From positions 17,660-81,659 of the forward strand of contig CANQUE010000003.1 in NCBI GenBank assembly GCA_947626905.1: a DNA stretch of 64,000 nt, written 5' to 3'. Positions within the stretch are counted from its first letter, which is position 1. Every line of letters starts with the position of its first letter. Source of the DNA: an uncultured Oscillospiraceae bacterium (GTDB taxonomy: Bacteria > Bacillota > Clostridia > Oscillospirales > Oscillospiraceae). The notes beneath the pieces were generated by a model. It was not told the origin of the DNA. It did no database searches and saw nothing but the letters and a program-made list of their open reading frames with translations. Below, one piece after another: positions 63,724-64,000 of the stretch. Both the position numbers and the translations under genes were made by a program.

Positions 63724-64000
63724 TCAGTTGACATGATAGCCGTGGTGATGGCCCGGGTTGGCGGCGCGCCACTTCTCCCCCAGCAGCGCCGCCAGGGTGT
63801 CGGCGATCCGGCCGATGGGCTGTCCCTCGTCCAGCATCCGCACCAGCACCGGCGCGGTCATCTCCACCTCGTCGTGGGGCCCGGGAAGGGTGACCAGGGT
63901 GGTCAGGCCCTCCCGGCCCACCGCCACCCGCACGCCGTCCTTCACATGGCGGCCCTGCCCCTTCTCATAGCGCACCACATAGGGCGCCGCCGTTTCGCCG
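63724..64000 (-). CDS. C-terminal part of an unidentified protein (gene continues beyond window)
   Basis: The open frame runs to the window edge and ends ...LGEKWRAANPGHHHGYHVN. Co-directional with and 45 nt upstream of the hydratase gene. Confidence 0.5.
   Translation of the reverse strand, partial: GETAAPYVVRYEKGQGRHVKDGVRVAVGREGLTTLVTLPGPHDEVEMTAPVLVRMLDEGQPIGRIADTLAALLGEKWRAANPGHHHGYHVN

Overview
This is a 64-kb GC-rich chromosomal segment. It looks like a Clostridia-type Firmicute, inferred from gene content: class 3 FBPase, pyruvate:ferredoxin oxidoreductase, Na+-type oxaloacetate decarboxylase and cell-wall-binding repeats. Most of the window is ordinary metabolism, transport and regulation.

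Four regions stand out:

1. 5.65-14.15 kb. An AT-richer island of about 8.4 kb splits a tRNA-Ser(CGA) gene in its anticodon loop and carries its own intact tRNA-Ser(CGA). It also carries a tyrosine integrase, an AbiEi/AbiEii-like pair and a 1491-aa protein with a nuclease, P-loop NTPase and helical-repeat layout. That protein is a candidate STAND/Avs-like single-gene antiphage system and is my top candidate for an undescribed system. Decayed remnants of an older island follow, from 14.15 to about 19.5 kb.

2. 25.3-30.1 kb. An 896-aa surface protein with cell-wall-binding repeats has a leader bracketed by two 24-bp recombinase-type sites in inverted orientation. These sit next to an intact tyrosine recombinase, so this is a candidate phase-variation switch. 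A catalytically degenerate recombinase-like gene lies on the other side.

3. 44.9-47.8 kb. A RiPP-like locus with a 32-aa single-Cys precursor candidate and two tandem paralogous radical SAM/SPASM maturases.

4. 48.2-52.0 kb. A translationally coupled operon of ADP-ribosylglycohydrolase, SAM methyltransferase, RNA ligase and HD-phosphohydrolase/polynucleotide kinase, which looks like an RNA repair or counter-damage module.

All functional calls come from reading the translations and motifs by eye. No database search was run. Many long ORFs in the supplied track are antisense shadows typical of GC-rich DNA and were not annotated.
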